Shown in pieces: positions 47,452-60,414 of a stretch of 64,000 bases of DNA (positions are counted from its first letter, which is position 1; every line of letters starts with the position of its first letter). Made by a program: the position numbers and the translations under genes. A model generated the notes under the pieces. That model saw only the letters and a list, made by a program, of their open reading frames with translations. It was not told the origin of the DNA and made no database searches. Origin of the DNA: Magallana gigas (Eukaryota); contig NC_088855.1 of the NCBI RefSeq assembly GCF_963853765.1, forward strand, positions 14,446,001 to 14,510,000, given 5' to 3'.

Positions 47452-49753
47452 ACAATGCCCTCTGTGATGCCATGTTCTGTGATACTTACTAATATATTAT
47501 TCCACATCCATCATTTTTTTAAAATAAAGATTACCATAAAAAATTATGTTCTAGAAGTGTTTTTTATTTATCTATCAGTGTTATGCAGTGGGTACTTCCC
47601 AGATAAATCAAGGTCAGATTTCAGCATATCTAATCTGAGGTACTGCAAATAATATTGACTTGTTGTACTACAATTCTGGTATGTATTAGTGTATAGCTTT
47701 TGCTTATTGTAAAAACAATATTTGTTGATTAAAATTTTTGGTTCTGATTTCATGATTTACTTGAAGGTAGAAACTGCAAATGTAATTTGGTGATGTGGAG
47801 AAATCTGGATATATTTGAACATAGAGACATATCATTAAAGAAAGTCGCATATAGTAAACATGCAGGGAAAATTGATGTATTAGATGGTTATTGCATTAAC
47901 CAATGGAATAATCATCAAAATTTATTTTGTTTACAGGACTTGAATTCTTTATGTCACATGAAATCCTGCAAGAATTAACATTGTAACTGCTAATTTTTTT
48001 TTGGAATTTTCTAGGCATGAATTAAACAATGTCATGTACCAGGTATATGTACATGCAAATGACATTTGTTCTTTCAGGCATTCTTTTATCAATTATTGAA
48101 GATATCAGACAAGAAGTGATCCATGTGTATTGAATTATTTTTATTTGCATTAGTTATAAAGCTTTCAATGTACAATATATAAGGTACAAATAGAATTTTA
48201 TATAGAATAGAAACTCTAAATAAAGACTGGTCTGGCAATAATTAAAACTATTTCTTACATCTTTTATAATTGTTAAATGCAAGAGTGTAATTAAGTAGAA
48301 TTGTCACTCAGTATCTATTGAGGAGAGAAAAAAACATCCTCACAAAAACGTCTATTGCTTTCGCACATGCCAGAATCCAGCCCCATGTTGCTATCAATAT
48401 AATCTGCAAGATTTTGCCCTAAAGTGTCAAGTTAATTAAGCAGATGCACTTGGTACAAAATTATGGTTAAATGATTAATGTCAGAACAAAACAACACACA
48501 TAATACATGTACAGTACCTACCTCTAAACAAATACATGTAAATGGACTCAAAGAATGCATCACTATTTGTAAATATACAAGTACACAAATAATGCTCATT
48601 ATATCTAAAAAATCACAGCTCATTTGTTATATCTTGGAGACAGCATGTGAGATCAGCAAGGAACCGCACACAGTGATTCAATATGGGCAACACTTTATCT
48701 GTATATGAATTACATAAAGACATAAAAATCATATACATAATACTGGCTTCTGCTCTATTTTATTCTAAGCTTCTATCATACCATGGTGATCCCCTGCAAT
48801 CCATCATTTTCATCATCGGCTGTATGTGATATGATTGATTGATTTTTATTTTTTTTAGCAAAAAGGTCAGAGGAAATTTTTTTTAAGAAAGGTTTTCAGG
48901 CATATAAGTATAACAGGATCAAAAAAGCGAAAAACATCAAGATACAAATAAAGGTGTTGATTCAAGAATTAAGGTGTTGAAATAGAGAAAGTATTCTCTA
49001 GTGTTTGTTTTGATTGGAATGAGCTTGAAGTCTTTGTTCTTCATAACCCTGAGAGTGTTTTATTTTTAGACTGAACATTTACCGGTACATATGAACTCAT
49101 TGACTAGCTTCATAACAAACCATGGAAACAAACTTTTCTATATTAAAAACTGTCAAATATGCAGACTGCTTCCTTATACATGTAATTCAAAAGAGAGAAA
49201 AAGGTTCAGAATATATCAACAACAAAACAAAATAAAAACTTGCAGAACATCATCATGCACAAATGTAATTTGTAACAGGTTTTTCTCCATTCAAAAAATT
49301 GGTGTAGTTACAGGTAAATAGTTTACCTCATATGACCGTGTATTACATATTATTTTAATTGCATTGGTTGTGATACAAATAAGGAGCAAATCTTGTGAAC
49401 AAAAATCAAAAGAAATTAAAGTAGCTACATGTGATATGTACTCTCATATGACGAGGCAATACATATTTTAGTTGCATTATAATACAATTAATGAACAAAA
49501 CAATTAACTAGTACATTGAAGTCTGATACTCTCTCAAAACTTCAACATCACAAAATAATCAAAATCACTTTTACAATCAACTTCTTTGTGTTTTTGAAAC
49601 ACCAAATAGTCTCACATTCATATTATGTTTTTTAAACACAAACTAATCATTTCTAATTCTTCATGTTTCATTTGCAACTTGTATGGCACATCCAAAAATA
49701 TATTTATTTTTTTTTCAAAATTTTTTACCCTAATACACACAAAATTTCAGTCC

Positions 49754-52700
49754 TCAGTTATGGAAGGACAGAAGGACATTTCCGACGTAATAGTCATGGA
49801 CGTAGGCTAGGATGGCAATTGGCTGGCCCAGAATGAGGGACAACCACACAATCATGTTCCCGATCTGGTGGCGACCTTTACAAAACTTTGCTGTAAACAT
49901 TGCCAGGGGTACCTGCACAGAAATCAAGAGTCACCATTTCAAATCATTACTTTAACAGATTTAATGGAGACAGCAATCAATCACTCGTCTCATTTCTAAA
50001 TTTTGTAGGTAATTTTCAGTGACAGTCATGTTTTATAAGAGAGTTACTGTATCATTAATACAGAAAAAGATTTTTTTTCAAAAGTAAATATGATCAATCT
50101 TAAGTTTAAAGATGACATTGTTTGGATATGAAATAAGGGTAAATTGATACACACTGTAATTTTTATGCTAACGAGATCTATGATATATTACACAACAAAT
50201 TCCTAATTTTTTAGAATCACTTTCTGCCTGATACTTACTTGCCCCAACATTGCTGTGAAAGCCCACACTCTAAACATTCTTAGAGGAACACTAAGTAAAT
50301 ACTAAAAAGAAAATAAAGAAAATTTGTTGAAACATGTGTTTGATTGAACATGTCAAATAAAATTTCAAAACTGTGAATATATCAATAAGTTCGAGGCATC
50401 AACCTCAAGATACCAGTACACACCTCATGGAAGAAAGCTGAGGTAGCAAACACAGCGACTGAAGCAACTTGTTTAGACACACCACGTCGAAGAAGTGGTT
50501 TGTATAAGTGTCTGCAAAAAAAAAAGATTTGTATGTAAACCATGAACTTTTTCATCTGTTGTGCAAAAATAATGAAAAACTTAATCAAAAGTAAACTTGA
50601 CCAACCTGAGCGCCCATCTATGGACTGGAATGTTCCAATTTTGCCAGAATTCAGAAATTGACTCGGCATTCCTGAAAATGTGACAGAGAAAATTATGTAC
50701 ATTCTCATAATAAAATCCGTACTTGTATATACAATGTACTAAACATAAATGTGCTAAAGGACTATGTGCGGTTTTATGCATTTTTTGCCCCCAAAATCAA
50801 AGTTTTAGAAAGAGTTTTAAAAATAAAGTGAAAGATAGTTCAAATCATATTGGAAGTAAAGGTGTAAAAGGTTATCATCACAGTGACGTCATAATGTAGG
50901 AATGACGTCATGAAGATTGCATTATTTTGATATATTGGTGTTTTGTAGCAAATATGGGTGTTTTCCGATGATTTTTTGACTGGGAAACATCGAGCGCAGG
51001 CTTGCTCATGTACCATTTTTTAGTATAACGTGTATAACTATCTGAAGAAAAACATATGTTAAAATCGCACTTGAGCAGACCTGCGCTCTATACCTCCGAA
51101 TGCAAAATATAGTGCAAAAATGAGAATATTTTCATTTGTTTGCAAATTTGCGGGAATTAGGTCATTTAGGTGACGTCATAGATAAACAGCGAAAAAGCGA
51201 TGATGACTAAAATCAATATTAAAGTTATAGGAATCCTCTATACAATGATTTGTGAAGATTTTATTTTTATACGATACTAATTAAAAATTGGTTGATATCG
51301 GGGGCAGATATTTGGCCATACCGCACATAGTCCTTTCAGAGAAGAACGCTGTATATAGTATGAATGGTATAATGTATATAGTAACTTGCCACCAATCTTT
51401 GTAGAACTCTCTGTCTCCAAACCGCAATAATTCTGCTGACACATTTAGACAGGAATGGAAGAACCAGTAGAAAAAGATCAGCCAAATCAAGTGGTTGGGA
51501 ACCTGTAACAAGATTTACTGAATATACAAGCAAATCAAGATAAAATTAGAACAAAATATTATCATCAGCTATTGGATTCCTTTCCCTTCAATGACATTGT
51601 ATCCTTAAGCCAGTAAGGTGGAAAGTTGTACATTACAAAAAAATAATGTACATGTATATGCACATCTCTTCAAAAACTAAATCACTGAACCTGCTTTCAG
51701 ATCCAGTTTCTTGATTGTTTTGCTTACTTACAGCTAATTTAAGAAGTCTTTCAATCACTAAAGGAATCTCCATATCTGTGAGTGGTTTCAGGGAATTGTT
51801 CACCGTGGGTATGATCCACTGTAAATACAAACAAATCAATAGCTCAAACTCAGACTTCTATCAATCCTACAAAAAACAGTTGATCTAAAGTGAAAGTTAA
51901 AGGTTCTTTTGTTGGCCAGAAGGTAGGAAATATTAATTTTATTCTCATATACATTTTGAATGTATATTAGTCAGACACAGGACTTGAACTTTATTGAAAA
52001 TTGCTGACCTGTTGCACTAAGCCTGTCATTAGCTGGGCCAAAAACATCTGAAATTCAAGAAAAAAACTATATACCAATTGTTACTCAAACTATTTCTTAT
52101 TTGAAAGGAATATATTTTACATATATATTTTATGATGCCAGTGAAAATGCTTTACCATTTCTACAATTCTTTTAAGTAGAAATCTTTTCCTGATTCGGAT
52201 GGTTCTTGGAAAGTTGAGTTCATAGCAGAGGGTTGGTGTACAGATGAAATAATACATGTCTGTAATGTTGTAAATATTGGTATAAATGTAACAAAAATTC
52301 ATTCATGACTAATTTAGTTGCAACATCTTCAGAGGAAAAACTGTTAACGTATGACATTTGGCTGTGTATTCTACTTAATGCTTTTGGCAGAATGTGGATT
52401 CTGCTAAATCAAGTACATCGCTATAGACCATGCATATGTATGTATGTTTAAGAATAGGAACAATAAGGAATACACTAATTCTAATCCATGCCAACTTATT
52501 GAAAAACTAGTTTATAAATATTGTACATGCCAAATATAATACATGTACGTTTAGAGATAATCTTGCATCAATTTTAAATTCAATTATTATACTTAATACG
52601 TGTACCGTACTTGTATTCTATAAAATATAAAATGACTCCATTAATTACGTAGCTGGCTTACCATTCAGTGTGAGATTATCTGGGTAACTGACAAAAGTTG

Positions 52701-55700
52701 TTTGGACATCACCATTCATCACATTCTTTGAGACTATAACAAAACATAGTAAAAACTGATTATCTTCAACTAATATCAATGTAAGGAAGAATACCAGGGA
52801 TTACTTTGTTATACAGATACTTACGGGCTGGTTCAGACATGCTGACTGACTTCCTACGGTGTGACTTTTTGACTTCGGCCTTCTTTTCCCGACACCATTT
52901 GTTGACACAAACGTAGGAGACTAACTTGAGAAATACAACGGTGGCCACCCCACAAGTGACAACAGAAAACCCTGAAAAAAAAGTACAAGTCAATTATTAC
53001 AGGCATTATTCATTTATATCAGTCTAATATTTAGAAACATTACACTAATCAATGTACACTACTCTTTTATATGGGACAATTTAAAAGAGGATCGAATGGA
53101 ACTTTTTTGAATCATTGTATTTAATTAATGGTTGTCAGTGTTCCTGGGTGAGCACCATTTCACTGCTTTGTAAGAATTGAAATTACATGTAGTTGGTTTA
53201 TTCTTTTATGGTAGATTCTTAAAAATCACTAAACTTACAAACTCGTTATTTGTAAGAATGAATATTTGAGAGCATGGGTGACCTACGAATTCCACATACA
53301 TTGGTCACTCATAATCAAGGGTGATGCCGCAATAGCTGCTGTGTGGTCCGGACACTTACCTGGGTTAGGGTGGACGTACAGGATAACTGTGGCTGGAACA
53401 GTCAGGCTCAATAACAGATTGGTCGCATTCAGCACCATTCCTAGCCTCTCTGACAGCCATTCCTGCCACAAGACATTATATCTATCATATACATGTATTT
53501 ATATCACATAGCAAATGATTGGATTCTAAGGAGAAATAGAGGATCCATCATTGTTCCCCAAAGGAGAAAAGCCCTTTACAAATTAATGTGAAAAGATTTG
53601 AAAAGCTCAACATGCATTATGCACCATATTTAATTCAGCATAACTGTGAAACTTTCTAAATGAATTGAAAATGCACCCAACTTTAATTTGAATTCAATGT
53701 GCATAGATCTATGAATACATGTGTATAATGAACTTACTTTTGATAACAATACTTCTACAGCAAATGCAAATAATATGTAGAAATTTTCAGCTGAAAAAAA
53801 AAAAAGATTTAAAAATTATGTACTGATAATCTTCCCTCTGGATATTGATGGGATAAATACTCCAGTAACTTTAAAATAACCTACAAAACAGTAGAAGGGC
53901 GTTGGGCCAGCTGTACGGCTCTGACAGGAAGTACTGGATGACCTTGAGAGGGTCAATCAGGATTCCATATCTGAAAAAAGTGAAAGATTTCTATACTTAT
54001 ATCAGATCTGTTTAACAAACCTCCCTACATTCCCCTTCTTCTGATATTTATTGTTTTACTAATACATGGACTAAAATGAAGTGATGAAAAAAATATTAGA
54101 TCTGTTTGTTAGATGCATTTCCATATTTCCACATTCCCCTTCTCTCAGTAGTTACAATGTATTGATTTATAATGCACGGACAGGTAATATACCGGTAAGT
54201 TGTTAAAAGGCCTCAACTTTCAGGCAGATTTGTGCAACAGTTGTGGTTTTCTACACTAATAATTGGTTAATACAAATCAAAGGATGCATTTAGAAATCAT
54301 TTGAATAGCACATTGATTTTCATTTTTTATTTTTGACAATATTACTTCCTTTGAATTCTCTATAGTGTATACAATAAGGAGTAACACATTTCCTTTCTTT
54401 ATTCTATAAATGAGTGTACATGTACTTACTTAATCAAATTTTCAATAAACAATCTGGTATTTGACAGCGCCTGAAAAGTAAAAAGTTCAATAGATTTTTC
54501 AATCACTTTAAACAATACTGAATAAATGGAGATAATTATCTGTATATAGTTTTAGATTATACAAGCAAATCAAGATAAAACCTATGAGACATCTTAAAAT
54601 CATATTATCAATCGTATCCACTTGACTGTATGCTTTAATTTAACCCTTAGATAACAACATGCAAGTTATTACTGGTATTTACTGTAATAGGGTAGATATA
54701 TAGCGCTGATAAGAAAAAGAGTTTTTAGTCCTGGCTATAAAGGGAGACATTTATCAATAGCCTTGAAATACTCGTGCATTGACAAGTCTTGTTTCAACAA
54801 ACGCAATATTCTAGAGATCTTCAAGTTCAAGGTAGAACTTTGTCCAGTAAACAAAATTTCGGTACTTATATCTGCCAAGGACATACGGTGATACCGTTAT
54901 CAAGAAGTGAAGATTCTTAATTTCTTATAAGGACAATTTTATTTAAAGTATCCTATACTTGCGACAATTTCCCTCCAAAGTGGCCAATTTACAAATCAAG
55001 GAGTAACTGGTGGTTCTACATTTTATCATTTATAATTAATCCTTTAGATTAAATTGGTATAGCATTACTTCATGTTCAACTATTTCAGGAAAAGTTTCCA
55101 TTAAAAAAAAGAAGAAATTTTAAGTACGACACTCAGGAGAATGTAAAAAGACTTTTCATCCAAAGAAAAGTTTATCGGTAAACTTTTACACTGAAGTGTG
55201 AATTCATTTTTTTTTTCTCAAATTTCTTTCAAATAGGGCAATACCAGTTGAACTTTCAAGTGTAAACAAATTACTTGTACCGGTCCATATATTTTTTATT
55301 TAAAAATTTCTTTGTCTGCATTCATATCCTTGACTCATATCTCACCCCTCAACCAGTTTTTATTTTTTTTATGTGTTGTTACCTAACTCAAGGCCACTCT
55401 ATTTATATTTCTTGCATTATCAATCTTAATTGACAGGCCCGTTTCCATCCACACATTATCAAACAAAGGGAAAGGGTTTTTCTTTTATATAAAAATCCAT
55501 TTTGGCAAGTTGCAATCACTAGGACTTTAAGTGACAAATTGATATAATGTGCAATGCATGCATTGCACATGTTATACTTCCTGATATATTTACTAAACTT
55601 TCATACTTAATACTGTAAGTGGTGTAAACTTGAATATCACATGTGAATACAATAGATGAATGTTTTTAAGTGTTTATTAAGAATTTCTAACTTATCTGAG

Positions 55701-58700
55701 TCACGTATACATGTATAATGAATGTTTGACCCTGAATTTTAAAAATTACACTACCAAGTTTGTTATATCACTTGAAATTAGCTGCAGTTCTGCAGCTAAG
55801 TTGAAATCATTTACACATGATTGATGCAAATGCAAATTTCCTGATCATATCACTAATTTTTTATCAGATCCTTCATTCTAACATCCCACTTCTAAACCTT
55901 TGATTTTAAAACACATCAATCTCAATTATCTTAACAGACCTTCTGACTGCTTAAATTTCAATTACCCAGTACCAGTTATATTCAATTAGAAACATCAATA
56001 TTGTGTGATTTTAACTCTTTTTCATGCAAATTTCAAGCACTATATTTTACTGCAGTGAAATTTTAAAAATATTGTTACAAATAGCACAGTTCTATAAAGT
56101 CATGATTTTTTTTCCAGAAAAGATACTGTTAAAGTTTTAAAATCATAATTTAGCACACACATGAAGTCCAAAATCCAAATCTCACAAAAAGTGCAGGTCT
56201 TTGCAAAGACATTTCAAAATTATAACATTAAATGAACTTTTTAACAGGTGAACAACTTTTTAACAAAGCCCTGATTTTCCTATTTAAATAATCAACAAAA
56301 GATTCGCTTCAGCTGTTTGCTCTCTTTCAAGGTCACCAAAAATAGCTGATTCAGCTCTGAGGAATTACATGTGTCTGTATGGTATGAATGCATTGCCTAC
56401 TGCATGTCTGATTGTCACTTTAAAATGGTAAACAGCGCCAGAAGTTGAATTGGATCATCAATAACAGTTATCAAAATGTTCTCAGCGATACAAGTCATTA
56501 CAATAAATAAATATAACCTGCATTTTTCAAAAATCTTCTAAACCTCAAAATTGATGTAGAAAAATCTGCATTATACCAGTTTTCCACTGATTTCCTTACA
56601 AATAGACTAACATTTATTTCAGTATATCATATACTTGAGATGATGCATAAAAAGTAACAAATTTAAGGCTTCTTTTATAAATTACATGCAAGGTGCAGCA
56701 AGCAAAACTTCATAGTCATTTTTCTCTATCGGTATACAGATCAATGAAAGTAATGCAATATGATCTCTAAAATTGTAAATCTGCATAAATCTATTTAATA
56801 TAATACAGATGAAGGTATATGTACTTTTATATTTGCCCTACTTAAATCAAATACTGGAGACTGGATTAACCTGTTCATATAAATGGCTGTATTCTATTCA
56901 CTTGGTACCAGTAAAATACCTTTACCTGTATTTAAAAGGTCAAGGTCTTGTCCAGCTGTTCATGCTAATATCACTCTATATTACAAAAGTGTCTAATTTG
57001 ATTTGACCCGTGTGATTCATAATTTATCAAAATTTGAAACAATTCATTGCAGAACAGAATTTTTGATTTTATCTATTACCTGAATACCAGCTTATTCTTT
57101 ATTTTTATAGTACCAATTTACTAGTAAAAGTTTGCTTTAATTTGCTTGGCATCAGTTCAAAATATGAGAGTGCCATTTTATTTGTCCCAGACATACATGC
57201 AGGGTATACACGTACCAGGGATGGGGTCAATTACAATGGAAAGTAATTAATTAAATTACAATTACTTGCTTAAATTCTTCAATTAAATTACCATTACCAT
57301 TACATGAGTTTTCAAATGTAATTAATTAAATTACAATTACTTTGCAGATGTAATTAATTAAATTACAAATTACATTTTCATCAAAATTTACTGAAACCAT
57401 GATTTATATACAACAGATAAACATTTAAGGAGGTATATCTATAAAATGAATAAAATTTCCTCATAATCAAAATAATTTCACTGTTTGAGAATTTGCTAAC
57501 TATTCTGTTAATTAGTTACAATTTTTGGAAAGAAAAAATATATATTTGGTTTTTATTGATTATTTTAAAACGCAGGTACTGGTAGTCACAATAAGGAGGT
57601 GTCCCATACACCCTGATATTCAATAAACATTTAAAAGTCATATCCCTTAACCTACACCTACCATGTCAACTAAAGTATTTCTTGCATGCAAAACTATTAT
57701 ATAAAAACTTTCTCCTTTGCATTTTTATACACTATTTTTTTTTCTTTTGTAAATACAATGCCGAAGTTCAGGTTAATCTCGGGTAGAGGACAGACTATAA
57801 TTGTTATCAAAACACAATTCACACCTGTTGTTCTCTACCTAATTATCAAAATGTTTGCAATAAGGGAACATACCCTGTGGACATGTTGGGCATCAAAAAC
57901 TAAAACCCATTTGAAGCCATACATTTTAGCTCTGTGTATTTTAGGCTATCAATTACAAAGCATGACTTGATAGTTTATATAATTTCGATAACACTGATTT
58001 TGTTTGTAAATTGAACAATGATGTTTTAAACTAACTCAATGATAATTGACACACTAATTATTCTAATAAGGAGGGAAATAAGTATTTGTAAGAAAAAAGA
58101 GATCAAACAAATCATAAAATACATTTGGGAAACTTATCATTAAATATTGAATCATTGAAAAAATCCATTTTGAAAAATATTTAGTATGATACATGTATAT
58201 ATAATAATAGTTCAATGCTTTTTAACTACTCTTCGAACTTGACCTAATGTACCATTGTGTGGGGGAAAATGGGTAGTGGAAAGCTTAATGTTTATATGTC
58301 CATCAGTGTGTAATTGAAAGTAATTGAAAAGTAATTGGAATTACATGCCTTTTTTGAAAGTAATTAATTAAATTACCATTACATGTAATTGAAAATGTGG
58401 CCAATTACACATTACTTCCAATTACATCAAAATTTGTAATTAATTACACTCAAATACCATTACAAATTACCATTACCCCATCCCTGACACGTACCTGTAT
58501 AATTTTCAAATGAACAGTAATGAGACTTACCCTTTCATTCTAGAGCAAGTGCATGTATTTCTGGGCCAAATATTTTACAATTATCAAATGATAAAGACTC
58601 ATTCAGACTGATTTCCATATAGAATGAAATATGCCTATACATGGAAAAAAAATTATTCCAGATTATTTCTATCACATTTCTGCTAGAAGCATTAGATGCA

Positions 58701-59551
58701 AAAACTGGGTGATTTTTTTTTTCATAATACAATTCAAAGAGTGACACAAAGTATCTTTCTTCTTGAAATATCATGCTCAGAATTTCCAAGGAATAAATAC
58801 TAAGTAAAAGCTAAATGATGTTTACTTACCAACAAAAGAATACAGAGATTCAACAAGCCCCTGTAGTTGGTAAAGCCACTATCTGTACTAAATAATGAAT
58901 CAGCATGCTTGTGGATGCTGTAAAGGAAAAGAACAGAATGACGAAATGCTGCAGTGGTTTAAAAATAATTTTTAAAAAACATTAAAATCTTATGTTTGTA
59001 CAGTAGACCAGATATCCGATTGAAAAGCTACAGTGATTTTACAATTTAACACCCTCTACCACCCAAAAACAAAAAACTTACAATCCTTTTTTATTCAAAG
59101 AATTCAAAATATACTCTGGTTCCAATAAAAATGATGGGATCCACTTTGACCAAGCTTTTTTATCAGTCTTATTACCACTTGAGTCCTCACTCTTTTCACT
59201 ATTTGTTACCTCTGCTAAATTACAGTAAGCTTCAGTTTTTTGGTCACAGTCAAGCTTTGTTCCAATGTCATCATGCACTTTGCAATTTTTATCACACTTT
59301 TTGCAGGTTGTGTCAAGATCTGAATTTGCATAACTGTTTGAGTCAACACCACTGTCTTTAGATTCACTGCTCTCAGATCTCTCTCTCCTTTTCTGCTGTG
59401 AATTTCTTATATACTCAGAATTATTATTGATGTCACCAAAGGACACCTCTGCATTTATTCTGTAATGTTTGGTACTTGAAACTAAATCCACTGACTTTTC
59501 CCCAAGCTGTGTTGGAAAGACATCATCCAATATTCTGTTGTCAATCAACAT
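49754..59551 (-). CDS. DGAT1: Diacylglycerol O-acyltransferase 1 (MBOAT, about 592 aa)
   Basis: 16 exons: 59551-59082, 58917-58830, 54470-54430, 53970-53885, 53790-53738, 53462-53360, 52971-52825, 52733-52662, 52259-52156, 52047-52009, 51818-51732, 51502-51390, 50671-50606, 50511-50424, 50301-50239, 49912-49754. Total 1779 nt. Motifs [27 protein letters not shown]-like, [28 protein letters not shown] (catalytic His). The start codon is inferred. Confidence 0.95.
50758..51334. mobile_element. Kolobok-like MITE (second family) in a DGAT1 intron
   Basis: TIR AGGACTATGTGCGGT / ACCGCACATAGTCCT. The flanks CTAA and TTCA are an imperfect TTAA-type target. Confidence 0.7.
57216..58486. mobile_element. 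hAT-type non-autonomous element (1271 bp) in DGAT1 intron 2
   Basis: Perfect 8-bp TSD ACACGTAC (57208-15, 58487-94). TIR CAGGGATGGGG / CCCCATCCCTG. Subterminal TAATTAATTAAATTAC arrays at both ends. Confidence 0.9.
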
Positions 59552-60414
59552 CTTAATTCCACAGAGCAATGTGAATTGCAAATGCAAAAATAAACTAAAT
59601 TTGAATGCCTCACAATAAGTTCTTCTGGATTAAATCTTCGAAAATTCTGCAATTCTCAGGGAATCCCCATGTAGATCTCTTTCAAACCTACACCAGGCTT
59701 CTGCACAATACATAAACTGTGTATACTAAATATGCTAAAAATCAGCTGTAAATAAACATGATAACACGCTTATTGGAAAACTGCAGCACTATCGCACGTG
59801 CAACCGTTTTCGATTGGTTCTCAAGTTTGGCCTTCATGATAGAGCCGTGAGGCTATTTATATACGTGAGTGGTCACTGCGTGGGGTTTACCTTTGATTCA
59901 GTGAACCGTGATATTTACACCTATGGTGTATCGTAAGTAAGACTGTCGGCGCATACTGAATAGGAAAAACAGAAAATACACTTTTATAAAACTTACGGTT
60001 TATCCGGCTCGTTTTCTTTGTGTCTCTGTTGTTCTTTACTAATGGCTTCAACTTGCGTGACACTTATGGTTCGACGCAGACGTGTAGTAGTACCTTCGCT
60101 TTTAGATTTTTTAATTCCGGACTTTGTTGCCATTTTTACCGGAAGCTGAGAATTGTATCAACATCGCATAGATCATGTAAAAGAAAAATACAAATTTATT
60201 AACAAGTCACAAAATCAGAGCTGTTGAAAAACCACGATTTTTTATTTCTATACCTAGTTAACACATACAGTATGTCAAATATTATACATTGTCTGTGATA
60301 GTTAAATTTCTTCGTTGTTTTATCCTGATGATATAAGGGGCAGGTAATAGCTGTCTGCTCCTCCGGTGTATGGTCTTCACAAATGACGTGTAGAAATTAT
60401 GTTTGCAAGCAGAT

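Noticed and set aside
51599-51606. GTATCCTT (U12 donor consensus)
   Set aside because: It is on the + strand inside a minus-strand DGAT1 intron whose GT-AG boundaries already give the correct frame.
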